From Heterodontus francisci (lineage: Eukaryota), in assembly GCF_036365525.1 (NCBI RefSeq), contig NC_090375.1:31739282-31803281 (forward strand): a DNA stretch of 64,000 nt, read 5' to 3'. The notes below the pieces were generated by a model that worked only from the letters and a program-made list of their open reading frames with translations, ran no database searches and was not told where the DNA came from. The translations under genes and the position numbers were made by a program. Below, one piece after another: positions 12,210 through 24,299 of the stretch (position 1 is the stretch's first letter; every line of letters begins with the position of its first letter).

Positions 12210-15191
12210 GGGCTGGATGTAACGTTCACGTCGCGGCTTCTGGTGGCGGACCCGGAAGTAGGCACTGTCGCTGCTCATCACATGTGCGGCTGGCCCACCA
12301 TAATCACACAGTGGGTGGCCAATTTTCATAATGGAGGCCAATTACGTGACAGGAGTGGGATTTGAGGTGCCGAATATGATTCTGCAGCAGGTTCTGGTGC
12401 CATATTTAAAGCCCTGCCAGCCCTGCTTTCATTGCTGCCTTAGACTCATTGGTTATTTGCTGCTGAGACTGGTGCTGGAGCGACTCCTGGAACCACCACC
12501 ACTCTGTCAAGGAAACTGCAGTATGGTTCAGGCATGACACTAGTTGGCCCCACGGTTTAGCGATATCTCCCTGGAGATTCTCCTCCAGGCTGCAAGGGAA
12601 AGGCAGGAAGTCATCTTCCCGAGCGATGGCAAAAAGAGGTCCTCCCACCTGACCAAGTAAGATGGAGATCGCAGAGGAGGTAAGCGGCCGTGATGTCACA
12701 GCCCTCCTCTGAACATGGGTCCAGTGCAGGAAGAGAGTCAATGACCTTGTTCTGTCTGCCAAAGTGAGTGCTACATACCACTCTCTCCTTTGTGGCTTGC
12801 GTGTGGCTTCATGAGGGGCAGCGCAACATGGGGAGGGAGGTACCACAAAGGCATTGGCAAAGGGGGTTAAGCATCACCACATCCTGCCAGATGTATGGTG
12901 GTATCTCAGGCGCAGGCCACCCTTTGTCACAGATCACCCCCATTACCACCCCTCCTCACAGACTGGTGGAGGAATTGCAGACACACTGCCTCGCTCAGCA
13001 GCTGAGAATGAAGCACTGGAGTTGACAGGGACCCAGAATGGCCACTCAATAGCAGATTATGGGACTGGAGTCTCTGCGCAAGAGAGTGAGGATAGTCTTC
13101 AATTGACATTCAAACACACTTCTGGAGATTCACATCACACATGGATTACATGATAAGATCTGCACAGCCTAACCCACACCTGTTTGTGTTCTCTAATGCA
13201 GGTCGATGCCCGCTGGAGACTCCATCAGAAGGGGGACAGCCATCAACCTCTGAGGATGAGCAGTCAGAGGCTACACCATCCCATGACTCTCCTGCATCTT
13301 CCACCAGCGCAGATACTTTCACCTTGGTGGGTTTGCGCTTGGCAGTAGAATCAGTGTCACAAACTGGTCACAGCATCACACACATCTGAGCAGCTGACTG
13401 AGGCTGAGACAGCCGAGGTCTCTGACAGTCGGAGGACTGTGGCAGGCCAGGCCCATGCTGAGCCCCAGGCTGATGACGCGCCTCTGGTGTTGACAGCGCA
13501 GGGCATGCTGGAATTGTGCAGAGAGGTAAGGCAACATCTGGTGGAGATGCCGGAGGCCATGCGCAGCCTTGAGTGGACGATGGAGGAGTCCATTCATGCC
13601 ATGACTGCTGACATGTCTCAGGCACATGAGGCATGGCTTCCTCCATCGAGAGGTTGGCGACACTCATCGAGAGACAAATCCCACAAATGCACGCAGACCT
13701 GCACATCATCGCAGAGTGGTCATCGTCCGCTCATGGCTGCGCATGGCCTCCGGCATCTCCGCCAGATGTTGCCTTACCCCTCTGCGCAATTCCAGCATGC
13801 CCTGCGCTGTCAACACCAGAGGCTCATCATCAGACCTCTTCTTGCCATCGCACCTGGAGTCTTCTCCAATTCCTCATCCTTCACTGATAAGCAGGGAGGT
13901 TCAAGTGGGCCTTGAAAAGGAGGAGGAGTGACTGACCTCCACAGCTGGAGGCTCCCCTCAGGGTGCTCTGAATGTGGACAACAATTCCTCAGCCCTTCCG
14001 TCAGTGAGCCCAGTGCAGGAAACCCTCAGGCAGCCAGGGCCCTCCAGGCCTCATGCAGCCAGAGGACACCAGCTGAAGTTATACTAGGCTAAGAGGCAGC
14101 CTGATCAGCAGCCTGCCTCCAGTCCAGCACAGGGGTCACACATCAACAATGAAGAAAACCACTTGGAAACACTTGGGGTTTCACAGGTGTTTAAAATTTA
14201 CCTTTTATTTCCTGTTATAAAGTTTTTTTGCTTTTGAAGTTAGCATTCATTGTGGAAAATGCTAATTTCTTCATGCCTTAATTGTGAGCTGCTGACTTGA
14301 CCCTTCTCCCATCGTGGGCTGACAGTGTAGGCACAGCCCTCCTTTGGTAAGTGCATCTGATGTGCCAGACTGCGTCGTTAAGCTGGACTCTGGGCACAAA
14401 CCCAAATTGAAAGGAAGCGACAGACTGAATGGTTTTAGGTAATTTTGTATTGCTTTCACTCTGAGAGGCAAGCATGGTGGCTGGAAGTGGGTAAATATGA
14501 GACTGTCTCTTGCCTCCTGTGCCTCCCTCTGTCGGAGTTGCTGCATCACGCCACGGGGCTCCATAAAGACAGGGTGTATGAGACGCATGCCAGGTGATCA
14601 GTAGGCCTCAAGAGCACTGTCCTTGCAGAAACAAAGTCCCCTGGCACCTTTGCCTTTGCTACTGCCCTCGGCTTATGTGCTGATAGCCCTCAGTGCTCAT
14701 GCTTGCTGATAGCCAACCCTCTCATCCAGCAGTATGGTCATCGAACCTGTGCCGACCACCCGAGACCAAGCCCATCTGTGCAGACTTCACAGCACTGCAG
14801 GCCGATATGGCCTCTGCTCACCCCTCTTCTCCTATCCAGTGCTGAATATGTCTGCTTTCCTGTCACGGCACTGAGGCCTTGCTTCGGTTCTGCCATCTTT
14901 CAACAGTGGGGGATCCGAAGGCTGGTGAGGACCGCTCGTCATCAACTTAATTCCAAGTCCCCCATTGAATCACTTTCAATTAAATACAAATGTATTAATA
15001 CTAACTGTTCTACAATTCAAATGGCAGTCACGTCATGTCGGGGTGGCAATGCTGCCTTGGAGCTTTCCCGGCACCGACTAAATCCGGAACCAACATCACA
15101 TCATCAGATTTCTGGGTGGACGCATCCATTGCAATTCTCCGGCCCTCCATTCATCCATTCCCGCTCCAAACTGCCTCACTAAGACTAGCTC
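12210..15191. mobile_element. PIF/Harbinger transposon, transposase-deleted derivative
   Basis: 3-bp TSD AGT (12207-12209, 15192-15194), GGGCTGGAT terminus, colinear in inverse orientation with 46011-50653. Confidence 0.85.
12523..14150 (+). pseudogene. Harbinger Myb/SANT-like DNA-binding protein gene (spliced, decayed)
   Basis: APRFSDISLEILLQAARERQEVIFP...MEIAEEVS...TWVQCRKRVNDL followed by a GTGAGT donor at 12764; acceptor TAATGCAG near 13201; stop codons; 3' end approximate. Confidence 0.75.
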
Positions 15192-15834
15192 AGTAAGTGC
15201 AAGTCATTTCTTTCTTTGATTCTTGTCATTCTGCTGTGATTGAACAACTTGTCTGGCACTTCAGGAAGACATATGTGTGCTCAAAAATATCTTACAAGAA
15301 TTAAAGCAGGGGGATGGCGCTCATCTTTTTATCAGTATTATTGTGAATATAACATTTTATTTCTGACAGTTGCTATTACTGGAATAGGGTCCATGTATTG
15401 CCATCTCTTTTATTGTCACTTGATGCTCACTATCATGTCTTTTGAAAAGCTCCAGCTCCTAACAATAGATTCTCATTGTCTGCTGATCTGATGATGCCAC
15501 CTATTTTCTTATCAACTCGTGCCAACTGCCACTGTTTTCCACCAAAACCTTCACGCACACGGACATTTCCCTATCAGTTCCTCGGTGCTTCGATATTTTC
15601 ACGTCAAAGACCAAGGTGAAACAGCTGAAGAAAGGGCGACAATTCTTCACACTATTACTGCTGATTATTATGATAAGTGTACAGATCATACAATCGATAC
15701 AACTAGCATGAGAGTTTTGAGCTTTTGTGCTTTGCTTTGTCTATGTGCAGTGTGCTCAAATACAATCCTTCATGCTCTTTGTCATTCAGCGCACTTGTAG
15801 TGTAGGAGTCAGTCAGAGTTCTCCCTCCAAATGG

Positions 15835-16175
15835 GCAGTAGATTATAGACTCCAATACATGTCGTGAATAATTGGATAACTTTAGTTTTTCTAGACCTCA
15901 TAAATATAAAATAGCCACTAATAAGTTCAATGAGGAATTCGGGAGGAAAGTGGTTAGAATATGAAACTCGCTCCCCACAAGAAATAGGTGGGCCAAATAG
16001 CTTAGATGCATTTAATGGGAATCTAGATAAGCACATAAGGGAGAAAGGAATAGAAGTATATGCTAATAGAGTTAAATTAAGAGGTGGAGGAGGCTCATGT
16101 GGAGCAGAAACAATGGAATAGACCAGTTTGGCCGAATGACCTGTTTGTATGCTGTAGGTTCTATGTAATTCTATG
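15835..16175 (+). mobile_element. Old CR1 3' fragment
   Basis: LDAFNGNLDKHIREKGIE and GGCCGAATGACCTG 3' UTR motif. Confidence 0.6.
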
Positions 16176-16414
16176 AATTAAAATAAAGTTACACTTCATG
16201 GCAGCACGACTATAATGGGTTCTCTATCTAACACAAGGAAGTCCTTTTATATTTAACTCTTTCCTATGATGTTTCACTATGTTAGGGGTTCACTGATAAA
16301 ACATTCCTGATTGACAAATTAATGACATTGAAATAGAGGATTCAGTAAATTCACTCCAACTATCATCAGTTCAACATTCATTCAAAGACTAATTCCAAGA
16401 TCTCTGAAAGACAA

Positions 16415-16760
16415 GATGGTTCAGAGGATTAGACACAGGCCTTTTTGCTATAAGATCTGGGCTCAAATCCAGCATCAACAGATAGAAGAGTCCTACAAGG
16501 AGTTTGGAGAGTCCCAGTCTACTTCCTATTGAGTGCGCACAGCACAAAACTGCCCTTACATGTTACGAAATGAGACAGGCCATGGGGTGGCTGATGTGAG
16601 AAATACAACAATGTCAATGTTGGCAGTAAGGCAACAGATTGAGGGTGAAGATTGCTGTTGAGTAAAGGAGATGGAGGGTTTAATCTACATCTGATCATGT
16701 TATACTTGATACTGACATTACCTGACGAGATGGCAAGTGTTTCATTCCTCAGCATGAAGA
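16415..16760 (+). mobile_element. Ancient LF-SINE-like relic
   Basis: TGGTTCAGAGGATTAG...GGCCTTTT...CTGGGCTCAAATCCAGC head; similar to 41325-41400. Confidence 0.35.
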
Positions 16761-16789
16761 TCCATCACTGTGGTGTTTTTTAAAATATA

Positions 16790-18885
16790 TTCTTTCAGAG
16801 GATGTGGGCATCACTTTCAAGGCCAGCATTTATTGCCCATTCCTAATTGCCCTTGGGAAGGTGGTGGTGAGCTGCCTTCTTGAACTACGAACATACGAAC
16901 ATACGAATTAGGAGCAGGAGTAGGCCATTCGGCCCCTCTAGCCTGCTCCGCTATTCAATAAGATCATGGCTGATCTGTATGTGTCTCGAATTCCATGCTC
17001 CTATCTACCCTCAATAACATTTGATTCCCTTGCCTCACAAGAATCTATCTACCTCCACCTTAAAAATATTCAATGACCCCACCTCCACCACTTTCTGAGG
17101 CAGAGAGTTCCAAAGGTGCACAACCCTGAGAGAAAAAATTCTCCTCATCTCTGTCCTAAAAGGGTGACCCATAATTTTAAAATAGTGCCCCCTAGTTCTG
17201 GACTCACCCACAAGAGGAAGCATCCTTTCCACATCCACCTTGTCAAGACCATTCAGGATCTTATAAACTTCAATCAAGTCTCCCCTCACTCTTCTAAACT
17301 CCATTGAAAACAAGCCCAGTCTGTCCAACCTTTCCTCATAAGACAACCCACTCATTCCAGGCATCAATCTAGTAAACCTCCTCTGAACAGCCTCCAATGC
17401 ATTTGCATCCATTCTGTAATGAAACCAAAACTGCACACAGTATTTGAGATGTGGTGTCACCAATGCCCTGTATAACTGAAGCATAACATCCTTACTTTTA
17501 TTTTCAATTCCTCTCATGATAAAGGATAGCATTCCATTAGCTTTCTTTATTACTTGCTGTACCTGCATACTAGCTTTTTGTGACTCATTCACTAGAACAC
17601 TGAGATCCCTCTGCACCTCGGAATTCTGCAGTCGTTCTCCATTTAAATAATACTCTGCTTTTTTATTCTTCCTGCCAAAGTGAACAATTTCACATTTTCC
17701 CACATTATACTCCATCTGTCGGATTTTTGCCCACTCACTCAACCTATCCACAGTGATCTGCAACCTCCTTATGTCCTCTCCACAACATACTTTCCACCTA
17801 TCTTTGTGTCATCTGCAAATGTAGCTACCATGCCATTGCCGCCCTCATCAAAGTCATTGATATGAATTGTAAAAAGTTGAGGCCCCAGCACAGACGCCTG
17901 TGGGACTCCACTTGTCACATCCTGACAATCAGAAAAGGACCCATTTATGCATACTCTCTGTTTTCTGTCAGCCAACCAATCTTCTATCCATGCTAATATG
18001 TTACCCCCTACACCATGAGCTCCTACTTTGCTCAGTAACCTTTTATGTGGCACCTTATCAAATGCCTTCTGGAAATCCAAGTACAGTATGTCAACAGGCT
18101 CCCCTTTATCCACAGCACATGTTATTCCTCCAAAAGGACTCCAATAAATTGGTTAAGCATGATTTCCCTTTCACAAAACCATGCTGACTATTCCCGATTA
18201 CCTTGCGTTCTTCTAAGTGCCCAGCTATAGCCTCCTTAATGATCGATTCTAACACCTTCCCCACGACAGACATCAATTTAACTGGCCTATAGTTACTGGT
18301 TTTCTGCCCGTTGGTCCACCCCCCCCCCCCCCCCCCCCACCTTCTTGAATAGAGGGATTATATTTGCTTCTTTCCAGTCTGATGGAACCTTTCCAGAATC
18401 TAGCGAATTTTGAAAAATGAACACCAACTCCTGCAGCCATGTGGTGTAGGTACACCCACAGTGCTGTTAGGGAGGAAGTTCCAGGATTTTGACACAGCGA
18501 CAGTGAAGGAATGGCAATATAGTTCCAAGTCAGGATGATGTGTGACTTGGAGGGGAATTTGCAGGTTGCGGTGTTCCCATCCGTTTGCTGCCCTTGTCCT
18601 TCTAGCTGGTAGAGGTCGTGGATTTGGAAGGGGCTGTCGAAGGAGCCTGCGAGTTGCTGCGATGCAAATGTCGATGGCACATACAGCGGACGCGGTGCAC
18701 CAATGGTGGAGGGAGTGAATGTTGAAGGCGTTGAATGGAGTGCCAATTAAGCACGCTGCATTGTCCTGGATGGTGTCAAGGTTCTAGAGTGCTGTTGGAG
18801 CTGCAGCCATTCAGGAGAGTGGAGAGTATTCCATCACACTCCTGACTTGTGCCTTGTAGATAGTGGAAAAGGCTTTGGGGAGACT
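16790..18885 (-). mobile_element. Family-B LINE 3' fragment interrupted by CR1 (own sequence 16790-16886 and about 18430-18885)
   Basis: GCTGCCTTCTTGAAC | CTGCAGCCATGTGGTGTAGGTAC is colinear across the insertion. Confidence 0.8.
16887..18420 (-). mobile_element. 5'-truncated CR1 (RT C-terminal half)
   Basis: YLDFQKAFDKVPH, GVPQASVLGP, FADDTK; (ACATACGA)n tail. Confidence 0.9.
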
Positions 18886-18894
18886 ACCAAGCCT

Positions 18895-19115
18895 CAGAGG
18901 ACAGTCAAGAGTCAACCACATTGCTGTGGGTCTGGAGTCACATGTAGGCCAGACCAGGTAAGGACGGCAAATTTCCTTCCTGAAAGAACATTAGTGAACC
19001 AGATGGGTTTTTACAATAATCCAGTAGTTTCGTGGTCACCATTACTGATGGTTGCTTTTTACTCCAGATTTATTTATTAACTGAATTTTAAATTCCCCAA
19101 TGTGCTGTGGTGGGA
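18895..19115 (-). mobile_element. tRNA-SINE fragment (family-B-tailed SINE)
   Basis: AGAGTCAACCACATTGCTGTGGGTCTGGAGTCACATGTAGGCCAGACCAGGTAAGG core shared with 19130-19495, 36315-36495 and 60980-61370. Confidence 0.75.
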
Positions 19116-19129
19116 CTTTTTTTTAGTAT

Positions 19130-19495
19130 TCTTTCATGGGATGTGTGCGTCACTGGCAAGGCCAGCATTTGTTGTCCATCCCTAATTGCTCTTGACAACT
19201 GAGTGACTTGCTAAGCCATTTCAGAGGGCAGTTAAGAGTCAACCACATTGCTGTAGGTTCAAAGTCACATGTAGGCCAGATCAGGTAAGGACAGCAGATT
19301 TCCTTCCCTAATTAGTGAACCAGATGGGTTTTTACAACAATCGATGATAGTTTCATGGCACCATTACTGAGACTAGTTTTTAATTCCAGATTTTTACTAA
19401 CTAATTGAATTTAAATTTCACCCGCTGCCATGGTAGGATTTGAGGCCGTGTCCCCAGGGCATTAGCCTGGGCCTCTGGATTACTAGTTCTGTGAC
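19130..19495 (-). mobile_element. tRNA-derived SINE with family-B LINE 3' tail
   Basis: Tail is of the same type as the family-B end; the head matches 60980-61070. Confidence 0.8.
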
Positions 19496-19889
19496 TCACC
19501 TGACCATGCACTGATGTTAATCCTCAGTTAAAACCAGCTGAATATTTGCAGTATGACCACTTACACTAGAGTAATGAGAATTCCTGACTTCACAGCTCAC
19601 AGCTACACCAAGACCAAGCACTGGGATTTCTCCAGTTGGAGGTAAATCATTCCTCGTTGCATATATGTGAAAGATTTAAATCTGCAACTATTACATCAGC
19701 AGGACCCAATATTTTTGGTGAGGCACTTGTTACAGCCACGTGAGGAGGCATCACAGTTGTCCCTCTTGCCCTTCCTCTTATTTGACCGCAATGGGGTTTA
19801 TTCATGGCCCTTTTTTATTTTTAGTTATATTTTTTATTTTTACTTTTTTTTTGTTTCATCATTTTTTACCATGTGCCTGTTTTTTAATG

Positions 19890-20255
19890 TTTGTGCTTTT
19901 GGCTAGGGCTATTCATTATTCTGTCATTTAACACCCTCTCTGCACTAACACTTTGTCTTTCACCATATCATTAGTACACTGTCTTTGCCTTTGCCCCATG
20001 ACCTACTTGTCAGTTAATCTCTCTGGCCCTCTGTCCTATCAACATCTTCCCTTTTGTTCTCTTTTCCCCACCCACACTTTATTTGCTTAAAACCTATTAC
20101 ATTTCTAATCTTTGCCAGTTCCAATGAAAGGTCACTGATCTGAAACGTTAACTCTGCTTCTCTCGCCACAGATGCTGCCAGACTTGTTGAGTATTTCCAT
20201 CACTTTCTGTTTTTATTTCAGATTTCCAGCATCCGCAGTATTTTGCTTTTATTTT
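19890..20255 (+). mobile_element. Penelope-like 3'/pseudo-LTR fragment with decayed hammerhead
   Basis: AGTT-CCAATGA-A-AGGTC-ACT-GATCT-GAAAC-GTT-AACT at 20117-20153, followed by the same right arm and tail as 10480-10590. Confidence 0.65.
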
Positions 20256-21439
20256 ATTATTCCTTTTTAAACAGTGGATGTGCTTACCACCTCTTGAGTT
20301 CCATGATTTTGGTGGTCATAAGTGGTACATTAGCACAGCCCATTGGTCCTATAATATGCTGCACCACAAGCTTGCTAAGTTATGGGTGTATCCCCTGTGT
20401 TGAGTTCCCAAGTTCAACCCGCCTGTTGCCTGTATCAAGATTGCTAGCCAAGAAAGATAAAGAAAAGCTCGAAGACAATTCAGGCTGAACAGTGGAAGAG
20501 GCCAGCGAGCTGACTGGGAATAGATTGCCGAGCCTGGTCAGATCTAAACAAGGGAAAGAAATAAAAGTTGTCCAAAGAAACACAAAAGTAACTCACAGAA
20601 AATGTCACCAGTCAATCAGCCTTCTCAGATGAAGGAACCATTCTGACCTTGTTCTTAAAATATCAGGAGAGCTGAATTAAAGAAGTGCCATTCTTCTTTC
20701 AGAGGTATTATACAAAGTGGGCTTGTCTGAAAAGCAGAGCTTTTACCTTTGCATCTTCCTATTCAATTTATGGCTAGCACACAGGAAATGGCAATCAGGG
20801 GCTGTGCTTTTACTCCCAGCATCAGCATAGATTGCTCAGGAAAAATTCAGCCTTATCTATTAGTAAAATATTCACCAATAAATACAAGATATCTCATTTC
20901 CCCTTATTTTCCTTCATAAAATATTTTAAGAGATTTTGTTATTGAAAAGAGTTTGCTACAAGTACCTGACCTTGAGAAAATGCTCAATGAGCTGAATCTG
21001 TAAAGCAAACATTAATTTTATGAAGTCTTCTCCCCCACCCCCCCCCCCATTCATGGATGGAGTGGGGCCCTTTTCTGTGTTGAATATTTGAGCATCTTAG
21101 TCTGTCCTCCTACATATAACTATCAGTGCCGTTCCCAAACAGGTCTTTTATGTGAACTTAGCGTTTTACCTGTATTCTGGGACACTCTTTTGTTGTTTGT
21201 ACAGTTAGTTTGGTCTGCTAGGAGCTTTTATTGTCCGTTAAAGTGTAGTGGGGGTGGGAAGGAATTGGTATCACTTATAATATGAAATTGCCTCAAATTT
21301 CAGATTTTTAAAAAAACAAACCTGCTATGTGCAGTCAAAGAAAAGAAAATGGTCCTTTACAGTGCCACCATTCAGCAAGTTTTATAGAGGTGACTCAAGT
21401 AATAAATGACATAGATTAAGACAAAGGGGAAGAGGAAAC

Positions 21440-21530
21440 ATTCACTCTGTTGCTTTCTCCACAGATGCTGAGTATTTTCTGCATTTTCTGTTTTTATTTC
21501 AGATTCCACGTATCTGTAGTATTTTGCTTT
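21440..21530 (+). mobile_element. Penelope-like tail fragment
   Basis: CTCCACAGATGCTG...TTTCAGATTCC...GTATTTTGCTTT. Confidence 0.55.
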
Positions 21531-21554
21531 CGTGCAAGACCAACTTATTTTTTC

Positions 21555-22905
21555 ACTCGTTCATGGGATATGGGCGTCGCTGGCCAGGCCAGCATTTATT
21601 GCCCATCCCTAATTGCCCTCAAGAAGGTGGTGGTGAGCTGCCTTCTTGAACCGCTGCAGTCCGTGTGGGGTAGGTACATATACAGTGCTGTTAAGAAGGG
21701 AGTTCCAGGATTTTGACCCAGCGACAATGAAGGAACAGTGATATAGTTCCACATCAGGATAGTGTGTGACTTGGAGGGGAACTTGCACAGGGTGGTGTTC
21801 CCATGCATCGGCTGCCCTTGTCCTTCTAGGTGGTAGAGGTCAGGGGTTTGGAAGGCATTGCCTGAGTAGACTTGGTATGTTGCTGCAGTGCATTTTGTAG
21901 ATGGAGAGTTGGAGCTGCACCCATCCAGGCAAGAGGAGAGTATTCCATCACATTCCTGACTTGTGCCTTATAGATGGTGGACAGGCTTTGGGGAGTCAGG
22001 GGGTGAGTTACTTGCCGCAGGATTCCTAGCCTCTGCTATGCTCTTGCGGCCACGGTATTTATATGGCTACTCCAGTTCAGTTTCTGGTCATTGGTAACCC
22101 CGAGGATGTTGATAGTGGGGGATTCAGCGATCATAAGGCCATTGAATGTCAAGGGGAGATGGTTAGATTCTCCCTTATTTGCGTAGTCATTGCCTGGCAC
22201 TTGTGTGGTGCGAATGTTACTTGCCACTTATCAGCCCAACCTGGATATTGTCCAGGTCTTGCTGCATTTCTATGCAGACTGCTTCAGTATCTGAGGAGTC
22301 ATGAATGGAAGAATGAACATTGTGCAATCATCAGCGAACATCCCCACTTCTGATCTTATAATTGAAGGAAGGTCATTGATGAAGCAGCTGAAGATGGTTG
22401 GGCCTAGGTCACTACCCTGAGGAACTTCTGCAGTGATGTCCTGGAGCTGAGATGATTGACCTCCAACAACCACAACCATCTTCCTTTGTGCTAGATATGA
22501 CTCCAACCAGTGGAGAGTTTTCCCCCTGATTCCCATTGACTCCAGTTTTGCTAGCACTCCTTGATGCCATACTCGGTCAAATGCTGCCCTGATGTCAAGG
22601 GCAGTCACTCTCACCTCACCTCGAGTTCAGTTCTTTTGTTCATGTTTGAACCAGGGCTGTAATGAGGTCAGGAGCGGAGTGGCCCTGGCGGAACCCAAAC
22701 TGAGCGTCTCTGAGCAGCTTATTGCTGAGCAAGTGCCACTTGATAGCACTGTCGACGACCCTTCCATCACTTTGCTGATGATTGAGAGTAGACTGATAGG
22801 GCAGTAATTGACTGGATTGGATTTGTCCTGCTTTTTGTGGACAGGACATACCTGGCAATGTGGAAAATTGCCCAGGTTGATGCCAGTGTTGTAGTTGTAC
22901 TGGAA
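21555..22905 (-). mobile_element. CR1-group LINE family B, RT and 3' end
   Basis: NYCPISLLSIISKVME, QFGFRQGHS, ALDIRAAFDRVWH, VPQGSDLGP, MFADDCT. Confidence 0.9.
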
Positions 22906-22910
22906 CAGAG

Positions 22911-23532
22911 AGGCTGAGATTTGACATGGAGCTGGTGGCCCCACCCACCAGCTGGAAGGTCGGGGGGGTGGGGGGTGGGGTTGTTGGTGAGCCCTCCTCC
23001 GCCGATCCTGGAAGCCACGACCATATTTTACATACCTCAGTCGTGGCTTCTGCTCCTCGACTGCAGGATGTCCTGCAGCAGTTCCCAGAGCAGCAGCCAT
23101 CGAGGAGGCCCTCAGTGCAGATAGGTGGGGTCGGGGATTGCCAGGGCAAAACAGCCAGGCCCCGATGAGGAAGGGGGCGGGGGGGGGCTGGTGTCGCAAC
23201 TGAGGGAAAGGGCAGTCTTCCGGGGGCGGCACTTGCAGATGAGGGACCCACTGAGGCGGCAGGTTTTTACTGGGCGGCCTTGCCAGGTGACAAAGTGCCC
23301 ATCCTCTGTTAGTAAAATACCAGCAGCAGTGGGAAGAGGCCATAATTGGCCATTAATTAGCCACTTAACGGTCTTAATTGACCCAAGGGCGGGCGCACCG
23401 CCCACCACCTCCCCCGGCAATGTAAAATACCAGTGGAGGCGGTAGGCGACAGGCACGGCAACCCCACCATCCCACCCAATTGTACACCCCCTGCCTCCCA
23501 GCCTGCTCCCAGGGGGATGTAAAATTCTGGCC
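22911..23532. mobile_element. GC-rich Harbinger-like MITE
   Basis: Right terminus GTAAAATTCTGGCC, left AGGCTGAGATTTGAC; subterminal TTAATT palindromes shared with 38840-39582 and 40059-40790. Confidence 0.65.
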
Positions 23533-24299
23533 ATAGTTATGAAGCTGTGAAACCTTACAGCTAGTCAGTGATCGAAGCTGAGACAATGTCAACATGTAAA
23601 AGAGAGGTGGTTGAAGAAAAGAAGGGTTATGAGTCAAGGAAGACACATTGGTTTCGGACTACTGCTGTGTGAGGAGGAAACATCGACATTGACCGGTTCC
23701 GTCCATTTCGATATTCTAATTTCTATGTAATACCAAGTGAGCAATGCTATTCAGAGTTGGGATTCGTTGCTTTGGAAGGAAGAGAGGAGTTTTATCCTTT
23801 TTGAGAATGATTTTGACTGTTGACGGTACTTTGTTGGTTTGTAACTGTTTCAGGGTTCATTGGTTTAATTGTGTATTTGGTTCAAAGTGTTTTGATGTGG
23901 TTGTGTGGATTGTTTTTGTTAAAAAGCACCCTGACCCAATTATTCTCAGAAAGCTGAGGCTCTACCAGTTCTCAGAAGATAACCAAGTTTGGAATTTTTT
24001 CTGCTAGTCGCTTTTGTGAATTAAAAATATAACCTACTAATATAATAAAAACAATTTGTGCGCTTGCAGATCATGTTAACCACATGACAATTCCTGAGAC
24101 ACACTTTATAAAACTTCTTTGTCACTCAAAGGCATTTTTTTCTCAAATTTCTTTATTTGCATAAAACAGCATGTTAGTTAAATTGGCTATCCCACACGTT
24201 GGTTCACTGCAATATAGCACGTTAGGTTCGTTCTGTTGGCAGTTTTAAATGATTGCTGCGTACAGCCAGTACTGTACATTAGCTGCAAGCATTAGCAAG

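Noticed and set aside
22627-23534. 238/203/140-aa ORFs
   Set aside because: Chimeric read-through across a GC-rich MITE and a LINE fragment
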